This document shows, in pieces, positions 17,165 to 27,256 of a stretch of 64,000 bases of DNA. The DNA comes from Candidatus Hydrogenedentales bacterium (GTDB lineage Bacteria > Hydrogenedentota > Hydrogenedentia > Hydrogenedentales > GCA-2746185): assembly GCA_038916785.1 (NCBI GenBank), contig JBCLBO010000006.1, positions 2,932 to 66,931 on the forward strand. Direction: 5' to 3'. Numbering within the stretch: position 1 is the stretch's first letter; each line of letters begins with the position of its first letter. The notes below the pieces were generated by a model that saw only the letters and a list, made by a program, of their open reading frames with translations, had not been told where the DNA came from and ran no database searches. Both the position numbers and the translations under genes were made by a program.

Positions 17165-18175
17165 GTGGCCACCAGTATCGCGCAGCAATTCGTCGCGGCC
17201 GTTCAGGCCAACCACGAGTACATTCCGGTGCATATTTCATCGCTCCGGGTGGATTCGATCACGGGCTTTGATTTGTATTTGCAGGTGCGTCCGGGCGAGC
17301 CGGTGGTGTTGTATGCCGAGCGGAACACGCCGTTTGGCGAGAAGAGCCGGCGCCGCTTGCAGGAGAACCGGGTCGAGTGCCTGTACATTAGCGGGTCGCA
17401 GCAGGGGTCGTATCGCGCGTATCTCGAGAGTCATCTCCCGGCGATTTTGCAGGACCCGTCGATCGGGACGGAGGCGAAGAGCGAGATTTTATATGCGTCG
17501 GCGCACGGGTTGATGCAGGACATCTATGAGAACCCGGAGATGGCCGGCGCGCTGGGGCGCAGCCGCGACCTCGCGAAGAACACGATACAGTTCATGTACG
17601 GTCAGCGCCGCGCGTTGCGCCATCTGATCGAGACGGCGTCGACGGACTACGAGTTGTACACGCACTCGGTGAATGGTTTCGTGCTGGGGATTGGGCTGGC
17701 GCTGCGCGCGGGTGTGGGCACGCCGAAGGAACTGGCCGCGTTTGGCACGGGCGCGATGCTGCGGGACTTGGGGATGACGCAGGTGCCGGTGTCGATCCGG
17801 GAATCGCCGGGCAAGCTCACGGTGAGCCAGTTCGATCTGCTCAAGCGGCACACGGAGATCGGCGAGGAGATGGTGGCGGGACTGGGCGAAACGAACCGGC
17901 TCACGCTCGGCGTCGTGCGGCACCACCATGAACGCGCGGACGGGACCGGTTACCCGGATCGGCTTGAGGGCACGGGGCTTCAGCCGCTGTTTCGGGTGAT
18001 TGCGATTGCTGATACTTTTGACGCGTTGACGACGCGCCGGCGGCATCAGCGGGCGATGGGCAGCTTCGAAGCGCTGCAACTTATGAGGCTGCGGATGGCG
18101 GGGGAATTGGATTCGGTGTTGCTGGAGGTGTTTGTGAGAATGATGGGGAACCCGGAGGCGGCGAAGGCGTCTTAG
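17165..18175 (+). CDS. HD-GYP domain protein with degenerate HD motif
   Basis: YTHSVN, HHHERADGTGYP, IADTFDALT; the expected LLHDxGK reads MLRDLGM. Confidence 0.8.
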   Translation: MATSIAQQFVAAVQANHEYIPVHISSLRVDSITGFDLYLQVRPGEPVVLYAERNTPFGEKSRRRLQENRVECLYISGSQQGSYRAYLESHLPAILQDPSIGTEAKSEILYASAHGLMQDIYENPEMAGALGRSRDLAKNTIQFMYGQRRALRHLIETASTDYELYTHSVNGFVLGIGLALRAGVGTPKELAAFGTGAMLRDLGMTQVPVSIRESPGKLTVSQFDLLKRHTEIGEEMVAGLGETNRLTLGVVRHHHERADGTGYPDRLEGTGLQPLFRVIAIADTFDALTTRRRHQRAMGSFEALQLMRLRMAGELDSVLLEVFVRMMGNPEAAKAS

Positions 18176-18213
18176 ATGGGGTCACTGGCGCGAAACGATG
18201 GAGGGAAATACAA

Positions 18214-18385
18214 ATGCATTGAACAGAAGGTAACGAAGAGAACGAAGACGGTCAAGGGCAAGAGCATTGTAAGGTCAAGAGCGAGGGCATTGTAAGGTCA
18301 AGATCAAAGCCAAGAACAAGAACAAGAACAAGAACTAAGGGCAAGGGCAAGAACAAGGACAAGGACATAGTAGGGTCAAGGGCGG
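18214..18385 (+). repeat. Purine-rich hexamer tract ((CAAGAA)4, CAAGG[GA]C) with a 17-bp direct repeat
   Basis: GCATTGTAAGGTCAAGA at 18264 and 18287; CAAGAA x4 from 18311. Confidence 0.75.
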
Positions 18386-18437
18386 AATGGGTACTTATTC
18401 TTCTGTTAGCGCTGATTTTTCTTGTCAGATGGAGTTG

Positions 18438-19127
18438 CTATTCGGGGCAGTCGGCCAGGATTTCTGCGGCGGCGCTGGTGCCTAGGCGGGAGGCGCCGGC
18501 TTCGAGCATGGCGCGCGCGTCGCGGAGGGATCGGATTCCGCCTGCTGCCTTGACGCCGAGGCGATCGCCGACGGCGTCGCGCATGAGGCGGACGTCGGCG
18601 ACGGTCGCCCCCGCGGGGGCGAATCCTGTCGAGGTCTTCACGAAGGCTGCGCCGTTCTCCGCGGCGAGGCGGCAGACGATCAGCTTCTCGTCCTGCGAGA
18701 GATACGCCGTTTCGAGAATCACTTTTACGGGCGCGGCGCCTGCGGCGCGGACGATCGCGCGGATTTCCTTGGCGACGTAGTCGTGCGCGCCGGACTTGAG
18801 TGCGCCGATGTTGATGACCATGTCGATTTCGGCCGCGCCGCTGCGTACGGCCTCCTCGGTCTCGGCGACCTTGATGAGGGCGGTGTTCACTCCGAGGGGA
18901 AATCCGATCGTGGCGTTTACCGCGACGCCGGTCTGCGCGAGGCGCTTGGCGCAGTACGTGACCCACGCGGGATTGACGGTGACCGCGAAAAGCCCAAGCC
19001 TTGCCGCTTCGTCGCAGAGCTCCGCGATGTCGAGCTGCGTCGCGTAGGCCTTCACTTGGGTGTGGTCGATGGTCTTGGCGAGCGCTGCGCGCGTGGTCGT
19101 TGCAAGATTCTGGATTTGTGCCGGCAT
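18438..19127 (-). CDS. deoC: Deoxyribose-phosphate aldolase
   Basis: IDHT, IGFPLG, EIDMVINIG, VKVILET, FVKTSTGF, VKAAGGIR, RLGTS; ATG at 19127. Confidence 0.96.
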   Translation of the reverse strand: MPAQIQNLATTTRAALAKTIDHTQVKAYATQLDIAELCDEAARLGLFAVTVNPAWVTYCAKRLAQTGVAVNATIGFPLGVNTALIKVAETEEAVRSGAAEIDMVINIGALKSGAHDYVAKEIRAIVRAAGAAPVKVILETAYLSQDEKLIVCRLAAENGAAFVKTSTGFAPAGATVADVRLMRDAVGDRLGVKAAGGIRSLRDARAMLEAGASRLGTSAAAEILADCPE

Positions 19128-19375
19128 GGGGGCCCTGCGCGGGGATGGTGGTCCGCGGATGTGAATATTCCGCTTTGCGGCGCGTGGCGTCAAGTCTGGG
19201 GGCGAATCGCCGACTTAGGCCGGAATTCTGTCGTCAATCGTCTCGGCGCTGCCGACTTGGCAATGCCGCGATCCTGAGCGCTCCCGGGGCATCGCGCGAG
19301 TGGAGGAAATCGGCTTGCAAAATCCAGTAATACTGATAAAAGAAACGTATTTTCCTCACGCACGAAAAGTTTGCA

Positions 19376-19404
19376 TTGACAATTTAGTGATCCTCGCGTA
19401 AATT
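19376..19404 (+). promoter_or_regulatory. sigma70-type promoter (TTGACA-N17-TAAATT)
   Basis: TTGACA at 19376-19381 and TAAATT at 19399-19404, upstream of ATG 19471. Confidence 0.65.
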
Positions 19405-19470
19405 TCACGACTGTCAACGATTCGCTCGGCGGGTCGCCGAGTTTCTCAAGGGGACAGGGGGAATCATTCT

Positions 19471-20778
19471 ATGTGGACCAAGAGTCGAAGTGGGCGGGCG
19501 TGTGTCGCCATCGCGGGCGCGCTGGCTTGGGCGGGAGCAGTCAGCTCCGGCGCTCAAGCGGAGACGGTCTATTACTACGAACCGCATACCGGAAATTTGG
19601 AGGCGGTGGACACGGCCGATCCCGGCCGGCACGCGTCGCTGGGCGCGCCGCAAGCGAGGATCGGCGGCAGCGCCCGTGGTGGCGCCGTTACATACAACAT
19701 TACATACATTGACGTGGTGAACAATACCGATGTCGGGTTCGACGATTCGACGCTGGGCGCGACGCGGCAAGCGACGTTGCAAGCGGTGCTGACGTATGTG
19801 GATGACATATTGAACGAGACGACGGGCGCGTCGATCGACGTGACGGTGAATAATTCAGAAACCGATGGCAGCGTATTTCTGGCGTTTGCAGGCACGTACT
19901 TCAGCGGTGCCGCAGGATTTATGAATGGATTTTGTTTCCAACATATCACGACGGGAACTGACCCGGACGGAACCGTCGAGGACATCTTCATGACCGTTGA
20001 CTTTGGATTCAACTGGAATAGCGACACGGGTCCGGTCGGTCCGACGGAGTTTGATCTCTTCACCGTGCTGCTTCACGAGATTACACACGGCATCGGATTC
20101 CTCGGGCTGACCGGGTCGAATGGTAACAGCGTGGTGTTGCCGGCCGGGAATCCTGGCCAGTATTCGGTACTGAATCAGAACACGCAGTTGGATGACGCTA
20201 ACCCGGTGGGCACGGGATCGTCGACGCCGCTTTGGACGACCGCGGGCGGGGCGAGTTATGTGGGGACGGTGGGGAACCTTACCAGTGCACGGCTGGTATT
20301 TACGGGAGCGAACGCGGTGGCGGCGTATGGGAGCAATCCGACGATTTACTCCCATAACCCTTACACATCAGGCTCGAGTCAGAGTCACTGGGGGAACGAT
20401 CTCATCAATCTCGCGGTGATGCCGGCTTCTCTTTCGAACAATGTCGAGAACCGCTCGTATGCCGCTTTTGAGATCGGGGCGCTGAAGGATCTCGGTTACT
20501 CGAACGCGTCGGCCGGTCCGCCGGCCTCTCCGGATCCGGATCAGGATCTGCTTACCGACGCCGAAGAGTTGATCGAAGGAACAGACCCGAACGATCCTGA
20601 CACCGACGGTGATGGCGTGTTGGACGGCATCGAGGTGGATTTGGGGACGGACCCTCTCGATAATCTTGACTTCCCAATATTGCCGCTCGGTGTGACCTTG
20701 GGCCTCGTGGCGGCGATGGTTGCTGCGGGCGCCGTAGTGCTCGTGCGGGTGAGGCGCAAGGCTTCACGCGCGCGATAG
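19471..20778 (+). CDS. Secreted HExxH (zinc-metallopeptidase-like) protein with acidic repeats and C-terminal TM anchor
   Basis: Signal peptide; VLLHEITHGIGF; downstream SHW; C-terminal D-x-D-x-DG repeats, DFPILPL, TM helix, RVRRK. Confidence 0.75.
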   Translation: MWTKSRSGRACVAIAGALAWAGAVSSGAQAETVYYYEPHTGNLEAVDTADPGRHASLGAPQARIGGSARGGAVTYNITYIDVVNNTDVGFDDSTLGATRQATLQAVLTYVDDILNETTGASIDVTVNNSETDGSVFLAFAGTYFSGAAGFMNGFCFQHITTGTDPDGTVEDIFMTVDFGFNWNSDTGPVGPTEFDLFTVLLHEITHGIGFLGLTGSNGNSVVLPAGNPGQYSVLNQNTQLDDANPVGTGSSTPLWTTAGGASYVGTVGNLTSARLVFTGANAVAAYGSNPTIYSHNPYTSGSSQSHWGNDLINLAVMPASLSNNVENRSYAAFEIGALKDLGYSNASAGPPASPDPDQDLLTDAEELIEGTDPNDPDTDGDGVLDGIEVDLGTDPLDNLDFPILPLGVTLGLVAAMVAAGAVVLVRVRRKASRAR

Positions 20779-20804
20779 CGAATCGGGCGTCTGTTAGAAT
20801 CTAC

Positions 20805-20837
20805 GGGCGGGACCTCAGGGTCCCGCCCGATTTTTTT
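20805..20837 (+). terminator. Rho-independent terminator
   Basis: 9-bp stem GGGCGGGAC/GTCCCGCCC with a 6-nt loop, followed by GATTTTTTT. Confidence 0.75.
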
Positions 20838-20877
20838 GACGCGAGAGGCGGATGGCGTGCGCGAGGGAATTGAGCGC

Positions 20878-21915
20878 GTGGGGCATATCGGGCTGTTGAC
20901 CGCATGGTCCGCGGCGGCGGCGGTGTTGGGCGCTCTTGTCTGCGCAACGGCCCCGGCGGACGGCGCGGAGCCGGCGCCGCTGGTGCGCACGCACCGCGCG
21001 ATGGCGACGGAGTGGAGCATTACGGCGTATCCGCGCGAGGGCGAGCGGGTGGAGGCGCTCGGCGCGCTGCTGGACGAAATGTTCGAGGGCGTGGATCAGC
21101 TTGAGCGCGTCATCAGCGAATGGAAGCCGGACAGCCAGACGAGCTACGTGAACAATCACGCGGCCGAGGGGCCGGTTCGGGTGGCGACGGACTTGATGGA
21201 TTTACTCGTCGCGTCCAAGGATTTTTACGAGCGGACTGGCGGCGCCTTCGATGTTACGGTGGGGCCGCTGTCTAAATTGTACGGCTTCTACGACGGCCGG
21301 GGGCATGTGCCGACGGCGGAAGAATTGAGCGAAGCGCTCGGGCGGGTCGGTATGAATAAAGTGAAACTCGATCGCTCGGCGGGGACGGTCCGATTCGAGA
21401 CTGCGGGGATGCGCCTGGATTTTGGGGGCGTGGGGAAGGGATTTGCGATCGACCGTGCGGTGGCGCAGCTTCGAGCGCGCGGGATCACGCGGGCATTGCT
21501 CAGCGCGGGCACCAGTAGCGTCTACGCGATGGGGACGCCGCCGGGCGAGCCGGGTTGGAAAGTCCATATTCGACACCCTTATAATGAAGGTGAATCCGTC
21601 GCAACGCTGACATTGGCGGATGAGTCGTTATCGACCTCCGGTTGTTACGGAAATCTGCCGGAAGTGGATGGCGTGGGGATATGCAACGTTTTCGATCCGC
21701 GGACGGGCCAGGCGCGCCACGGGATCGTGAGCGCGTCGGCGATTGCGCCGACGGCGACGGAGACCGAGGCGCTGGGCAAAGCGTTTTTGATTCTGGGCGT
21801 GGACGAGGCGCGGAAGTATTGTGAGCGAAATCCGGGCCGGCGGGCGGTCTTGGTGCCGGAAGCGCCGGGGACCGGCGTAAACGTGGTGTGGATTGGGCCG
21901 CAGACGGGCCCCTGA
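20878..21915 (+). CDS. apbE: FAD:protein FMN transferase (ApbE family)
   Basis: AMAT, GAFDVTVGPL, RLDFGGVGKGFAID, LSTSG, DPRTG, ATETEALGKA; GTG 20878 chosen from its SD (ORF track starts at 20836). Confidence 0.9.
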   Translation: MGHIGLLTAWSAAAAVLGALVCATAPADGAEPAPLVRTHRAMATEWSITAYPREGERVEALGALLDEMFEGVDQLERVISEWKPDSQTSYVNNHAAEGPVRVATDLMDLLVASKDFYERTGGAFDVTVGPLSKLYGFYDGRGHVPTAEELSEALGRVGMNKVKLDRSAGTVRFETAGMRLDFGGVGKGFAIDRAVAQLRARGITRALLSAGTSSVYAMGTPPGEPGWKVHIRHPYNEGESVATLTLADESLSTSGCYGNLPEVDGVGICNVFDPRTGQARHGIVSASAIAPTATETEALGKAFLILGVDEARKYCERNPGRRAVLVPEAPGTGVNVVWIGPQTGP

Positions 21916-21931
21916 GCCGAAGGAGCGGGCG

Positions 21932-23398
21932 ATGAATCGCAGGCAATTCTTGAAGACCGCGGGCGTGGGCGCCGGCGTGGCGCTGGCGGCGACCCAGGTG
22001 CGCGACATGCGCGCCGAGACGCAAAAGGTCCGCGTCGGGTGCATCGGCACGGGCGGCCAGGGCGGCTTCCACCTGCGCACGGGCCTGGCGGGCGCGCAGA
22101 ACATCGAAGTCGTCGCGGTGTGCGACGTGTACAACCTGCACCAGGAAGCCGGCTGGAAACTGGCCGGCGGCGAGACGCGTAAAGTCGGCCGGTACTTTGA
22201 CTACCGCGAGATGCTCGACAAGGAAGAGCTCGATGCGGTGGTGATTGCTACGCCGCTGGTCACGCATTTCCCGATCACGATGGATTGCCTGGACGCCGGC
22301 AAATACGTGTTCTGCCAGAAGACTTTGTGTTACACGATCGACGACGCGCGAAAGATCGTGGAGAAGTGCCACGCGACCGGGAAGTTCTGTCAGGTCGGGC
22401 ACCAACGGCGATACAACCCGAAGTACAACGTGGCCCTGTGGCGCCAACGTGAGCAAGGCCTGATGGGCCGGATCAACCACATCACGATGCAGTGGCACCG
22501 GAACAATCCGTGGCGCCGCTTTGTGGATGCGTCGCAGACGCTCAGCCCCGAGGAGCAGAAATACATCACGGACATCGAGCGGCACCTGAACTGGCGGTTG
22601 TATAAAGACACGTCGGGCGGCCTGATGACGGAATTGACGACGCACCAAGTGGACGTGGCGAATTGGTTTATGGGCACACCGCCCGCGCGCGTGTATGGCA
22701 CGGGCGGGCTCGACTACTGGCGCGACGGCCGCGAGATCGAGGACAACGTAGCGCTGGTGTACGAGTACGACCTGAAGGCGGGCGACCAAGGCTTCTCGGC
22801 GATCGCGGCGCGCCATCCGTACATGAACAAACGCACGATGAACCAGGCGTATACCGTGCGCGCGGTGTTCACGAGCACGACGGCGACCGGCAAGCGCGGC
22901 GCTTCCGAGCTGTACCAGGGCGACAAGGGGTCGGTGGATCTGACCGAGGAAGATGGCTGTTTCATCTTCGGCGAGCCTGCATACGACGCGGACATGCAGG
23001 CGATGGCGGCGTACACGGCGCAGTCAGCCGGCGAGGCCGCTCGGGACGTGACGTCCGGAAAGTCGCGGCAGATTTCGACCGACGCGTTCAAGAACGGTTG
23101 GCCGATCTTGGTGCTCAATGAGAAGACAGCCGACCAGCTTCAATTTGAGGCCTTTGGTCGTGACGTCATGAATAATACGCCACCGAAGGCGAACCAGATG
23201 GTTGGGTTGATGACGGCGATCGCCGGCATTTCGGCGATGGAATCCGTCCGCGGCGGCGGCAAGGTGGTGGAGATCGATCCGAAGTCGTATGCCTTCGATT
23301 TCGAGACGCCGGACGCCTACCGCTACGAGAATTGGGAAGGGCCTGCGCCCGCGCAGCAGCAGACCTCCGCGTCATCGACCACAACGACGGGCGTTTGA
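21932..23398 (+). CDS. Tat-exported Gfo/Idh/MocA family oxidoreductase
   Basis: MNRRQFLK Tat motif; GCIGTGGQG; VVIATPLVTH; QVGHQRR; NWRLY. Confidence 0.9.
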   Translation: MNRRQFLKTAGVGAGVALAATQVRDMRAETQKVRVGCIGTGGQGGFHLRTGLAGAQNIEVVAVCDVYNLHQEAGWKLAGGETRKVGRYFDYREMLDKEELDAVVIATPLVTHFPITMDCLDAGKYVFCQKTLCYTIDDARKIVEKCHATGKFCQVGHQRRYNPKYNVALWRQREQGLMGRINHITMQWHRNNPWRRFVDASQTLSPEEQKYITDIERHLNWRLYKDTSGGLMTELTTHQVDVANWFMGTPPARVYGTGGLDYWRDGREIEDNVALVYEYDLKAGDQGFSAIAARHPYMNKRTMNQAYTVRAVFTSTTATGKRGASELYQGDKGSVDLTEEDGCFIFGEPAYDADMQAMAAYTAQSAGEAARDVTSGKSRQISTDAFKNGWPILVLNEKTADQLQFEAFGRDVMNNTPPKANQMVGLMTAIAGISAMESVRGGGKVVEIDPKSYAFDFETPDAYRYENWEGPAPAQQQTSASSTTTTGV

Positions 23399-23475
23399 CC
23401 GGCATTTGCAGTCCGGCGCGAGACGCCGAATGCGGGTCGCGTGTGTGATCCGAAAACGAACCAGGAGCACTGACA

Positions 23476-24153
23476 GTGACGATTAAATCGATGGCGCGCT
23501 TCGCGCCGATGGCGATGTTGATGGCGGCCGCGGGCTGCTCGGATCCGACGGCGGACAAGACGGCCGCCAAGATGAGCGCGCCGGCGGGTCCGGCCGTGGC
23601 AGCGCCTGCTCCGGTCGCCGCGCCGGCGGGAACTACGGATCCTGCGCCCGCGCCGGCAGCGGCGGTGTATGCGTTCAACGGCGACAATAGCTCGGTCGGT
23701 TTTGAGGGATACAAGGTGACCGGCGCGCATACCGGTGGCTTCCCGAAGTTTGACGGGAAAGTGAAGGTGCCGGATGGCGACGTGACCAAGGGCCAGATCG
23801 AACTCACGATCGACATGAAGGCGACCTTCTCGGATGATCCGGGCTTGACCAAGAAACTGATCAGCGCGGATTTCTTCGACGCGGAGCAATTTCCTACGGC
23901 GACCTTTACCTCGACGTCGATTGTGATGGTCGGGATCATGTACGACGTGACGGGGAACTTGACGCTGCACGGCGTGACGAAGGGCATCACCTTTCCCGCG
24001 GAGATCAAGATCGACGATGGCGTGCTCACGGCCACCGCGGAGTTCACGATCAACCGCATGGAGTGGGGTGTGATCTATCCCGGCGTAGTGGGCGATCTGA
24101 TCCGCGAAAACGTGCTGCTGTTTTTCGACATCAAGGCGAAGTCCGCGGCCTGA
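23476..24153 (+). CDS. YceI family lipid/polyisoprenoid-binding lipoprotein
   Basis: Lipobox AAGC; LISADFFDAEQFPTATFTS; GNLTLHGVTK; FTINRMEWG. Confidence 0.88.
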   Translation: MTIKSMARFAPMAMLMAAAGCSDPTADKTAAKMSAPAGPAVAAPAPVAAPAGTTDPAPAPAAAVYAFNGDNSSVGFEGYKVTGAHTGGFPKFDGKVKVPDGDVTKGQIELTIDMKATFSDDPGLTKKLISADFFDAEQFPTATFTSTSIVMVGIMYDVTGNLTLHGVTKGITFPAEIKIDDGVLTATAEFTINRMEWGVIYPGVVGDLIRENVLLFFDIKAKSAA

Positions 24154-24211
24154 ATCGCGTGCGGCGCCTCATTGATCGGGGCACGCGCGTTTGCTAGCGT
24201 ATGGCTCCCTC

Positions 24212-24288
<77 letters not shown>

Positions 24289-24578
24289 ACACACGACCCC
24301 AAAGGCCAGCAGCTTGCACAACCGGGCTGTTGGCCTTGCTGCATTCGGATAGGCGTGCATGGAACGCAGTGCATGAGAGTTGCAAACGATTCCATGTTGT
24401 AGGTGGCCGCTCACGCGTCTCAACACGGCTAGTGCGCACGCACGGAGATACGGATTTGGCGGGTCTTTGGCGGGGCAAACCCAGCAGCGTGTGGCGATCG
24501 ACCTAACGGAAAGGGGGATTCACACCTCCGCCAGGGGATATACTTTTTGCATCGGCACCTTGGACGACAGGTGGGTGT

Positions 24579-25466
24579 ATGCGGACCGTATTTCATTGCG
24601 ACGACATCGGAATGACGCCTGCGATTACGGATCGGATCCTCGAGGCTTGGCGCTCCGGAATGCTGGACAGTTTCAGCGTGATCGCGAATGGAACGGGCCT
24701 GGACGAGGTATCGCGCGGTCTTCGGGAGGATGCGAACCGGGATGTGTTGCTTTCTGCGCACCTTAATTTGAGCGAAGGCCTTCCTTCGGCGAGGCCGGAT
24801 CGAGTGCCGCTGCTGTTGGACGAGGCGGGGAGTCTCTGCTGCGGTTGGGGTCTACTGATGCGGCAATTCGCAACAAAACCGCAGTCGTTTCATCTGGCGC
24901 TTAGAGTCCAGATCGAAACAGAATGGCGCGCACAACTCGATACTATCGCGGCGGCCTGCGCTCCTCGCAGGTTGGATTGCATCGACGGGCATCTTCACAT
25001 ACACATGCTACCCCCCCTATTCCCGATCGCCGCGAATCTCGCCCGCGAATTTGGCATATCGCGAATTAGAATTTTGGATGAACCGTTCCATATTTCGGGC
25101 AATCCGAGTGATAGCCTTTCGCCGCAGTTTACGAAAAATTTTCTTAAGCATTGTCTCTTGCGATGGTGTTCGAGACCTGCGATTCGTGTCGCCAGAGACA
25201 TGGCACTCGACCATTTCGACTCGATCATTGGGATCTTGTATACCGGGCGAATGACCAGAGCCGCGGCGGAAGCAGGTATCGCCGCTGCGGAGAAACGCGG
25301 CGCGGAGACACTCGAGGTCCTTTTTCACATTGGACGCGCCAACAGCGACGAGGCGGGCCGGTGGAAGAATCGCCCGGCGCTGGGCAGGTTTCCGCTGAGT
25401 GAACTGCGCGACCGTGAATTCGAGGAACTCACTTCCATGCGAAGTCTCTCCCATGACCGAGGTTGA
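24579..25466 (+). CDS. ChbG/HpnK (YdjC) family deacetylase
   Basis: HCDDIG, SAHLNLSEG, IDGHLHIH, EVLFHIG. Confidence 0.85.
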   Translation: MRTVFHCDDIGMTPAITDRILEAWRSGMLDSFSVIANGTGLDEVSRGLREDANRDVLLSAHLNLSEGLPSARPDRVPLLLDEAGSLCCGWGLLMRQFATKPQSFHLALRVQIETEWRAQLDTIAAACAPRRLDCIDGHLHIHMLPPLFPIAANLAREFGISRIRILDEPFHISGNPSDSLSPQFTKNFLKHCLLRWCSRPAIRVARDMALDHFDSIIGILYTGRMTRAAAEAGIAAAEKRGAETLEVLFHIGRANSDEAGRWKNRPALGRFPLSELRDREFEELTSMRSLSHDRG

Positions 25467-26430
25467 CGTTCTCGATACCAGCGCTATTGATCTGGAGGCC
25501 TATGTGCGCCTACAGAAAGCGGCTTTCGCACATCTGCTTCAAAATGCCAACGTGTCCGACGGATATATGACTCCGGAGTACTACGCGTGGAAGTACCGTC
25601 CACCCAGCGGGAGCGCGAAAATCGCGGTCGTTCGCGAAAGTGGAGATCTCGCCGCAGTTACGGCGATGCTTCCGATCCAACTGCAGGTAGCGTCGACCCT
25701 GGCGTCCGGCTGGCACATCTGCGATGTCGCCACGCGACCGGAATCGCGCGGGAAAGGTCACTTCCAGAGCTGTTTGAACGCGTTGACGAATGCCCCCGAA
25801 GCGGACAGCGTGTTCTTCGCATTTCCCAATGGTAATTCGAAGCGGGGTTTCGACAAGATTGGGTGGAAAGTGCTCCACAAGGTCACGACTTGGTTGAATC
25901 CATGGACTACATGGGCCGCGGCGGATGTCCCCAGTGTCAGGGAAATCGACCGTTTCGAGGCCGATCGGGATACGCTCGCAGCGCGTATCGCCAAGAAGGA
26001 CCAGGTCAGTATTCGCCACTCGGCTGCCTATCTCAACTGGCGATACTGCGACCACCCGATACACGAGTATGCTTGTTTCGTACACGACGAAAATGACGGG
26101 ACGAGCGGCTTTGCTGTGGTGCGATTGGTGAGGGCCATGGGCCGCGACATCGCCGTTGCGATGGAGTTGCGAGGTGAGAGTAACACGATCGAACTGAGGT
26201 TGCTGCGGCAGATAGCGGCGTGGGCTCGTGGAAGGAAGTTGGCGCAGATGGTTTTGTTGGATACCGCGATGCCCCCGGCGAACGCGTTGACAGCCGGATT
26301 TATCCCAGTTCCCACCTTCGTACTGCCCAAGAAGCAATTGTTGATGGCTGGTGCTCCCTCCGGAGCCAAAGCGGAAACTATGATCGCGATGCGGTGGCGC
26401 GTGCAGACGGGCGATTGGGATGCCTTTTAG
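25453..26430 (+). CDS. GNAT family N-acetyltransferase (tandem GNAT-like)
   Basis: ICDVATRPESRGKGHF; FAFPNGNSKRGFDKIGW; YLNWRY..HP. Confidence 0.78.
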   Translation: MTEVDVLDTSAIDLEAYVRLQKAAFAHLLQNANVSDGYMTPEYYAWKYRPPSGSAKIAVVRESGDLAAVTAMLPIQLQVASTLASGWHICDVATRPESRGKGHFQSCLNALTNAPEADSVFFAFPNGNSKRGFDKIGWKVLHKVTTWLNPWTTWAAADVPSVREIDRFEADRDTLAARIAKKDQVSIRHSAAYLNWRYCDHPIHEYACFVHDENDGTSGFAVVRLVRAMGRDIAVAMELRGESNTIELRLLRQIAAWARGRKLAQMVLLDTAMPPANALTAGFIPVPTFVLPKKQLLMAGAPSGAKAETMIAMRWRVQTGDWDAF

Positions 26431-26512
26431 AGTGTAGTTCGTCGCGATTGTCGTATCATGCTGGCGAAACTGGGCCCTCGTTCGTGGTGGCCATAACCGT
26501 GAAGGCATCTAC

Positions 26513-27256
26513 GTGTCTATTTTCGCTGATGGCACCGTCGACTACGACCAGCATTGGGCGGAAGGTATCGACACTTACCGCAGCCACCCAACCAGCCGGC
26601 ACCGCCGTAGATTCGTCATCAAGACGCTCGCGAAATGCTCGATCACTCCCGCAACGTTCGTCTTCGACTACGGGTGCGGCGCGGGTCTGGTGTTGAGCGA
26701 TGCGCAGCGCGCATTCGGACTTTGCAACGAACAACTCGGCGGATGCGATATTTCCGAAGTGGGAATTGGGCGGGCCCGCGAAGCAATCCCATCGCCCCAT
26801 TTTTACGTTGGTGCGTTCCCGGAGCCAGGGAAGCCGATCGACATTGCGATCTGTACGGAAGTCATCGAACACACGGCGGAATACGAGCATATGCTCCGAT
26901 GGATCGCTGAGCACCTCGGGCCGGCCGGCCATTTGATTCTGACAACCCCGGGCGTTCCGATGGATCCGCCCGATGAGTTCTACGGACACGTACAACACTT
27001 CGAGATCGACCGGCTCATCGCGACTCTGGAGGATTGCGGTTTCGCGATCGTGACGGCCCGGCTTTGGGGTTTCCCGTTTTTCAGTCTGCAAAAGTGGGTG
27101 ACCAAGCACCAGTTCGATCGAATTAGGAAGGGCTTCATGCACGGAGGGCTGGATGCCGGGAAGCGTATCCTGTTCGAGATCGCGTACCGGTTGTACTTCG
27201 TGCACGATTGGATTCCGCTGGGCCCGCAGATATTCATCCACGCGAGGAAAGTGTAA
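26513..27256 (+). CDS. Class I SAM-dependent methyltransferase
   Basis: FDYGCGAG, GCDIS, CTEVIEH, GHLILTTP. Confidence 0.85.
   Translation: MSIFADGTVDYDQHWAEGIDTYRSHPTSRHRRRFVIKTLAKCSITPATFVFDYGCGAGLVLSDAQRAFGLCNEQLGGCDISEVGIGRAREAIPSPHFYVGAFPEPGKPIDIAICTEVIEHTAEYEHMLRWIAEHLGPAGHLILTTPGVPMDPPDEFYGHVQHFEIDRLIATLEDCGFAIVTARLWGFPFFSLQKWVTKHQFDRIRKGFMHGGLDAGKRILFEIAYRLYFVHDWIPLGPQIFIHARKV

Noticed and set aside
24460-24530. c-di-GMP-I riboswitch (GGCAAACC seed)
   Set aside because: The GAAA tetraloop stem and the following GACGCAAAG-type motif are not present in the required arrangement.
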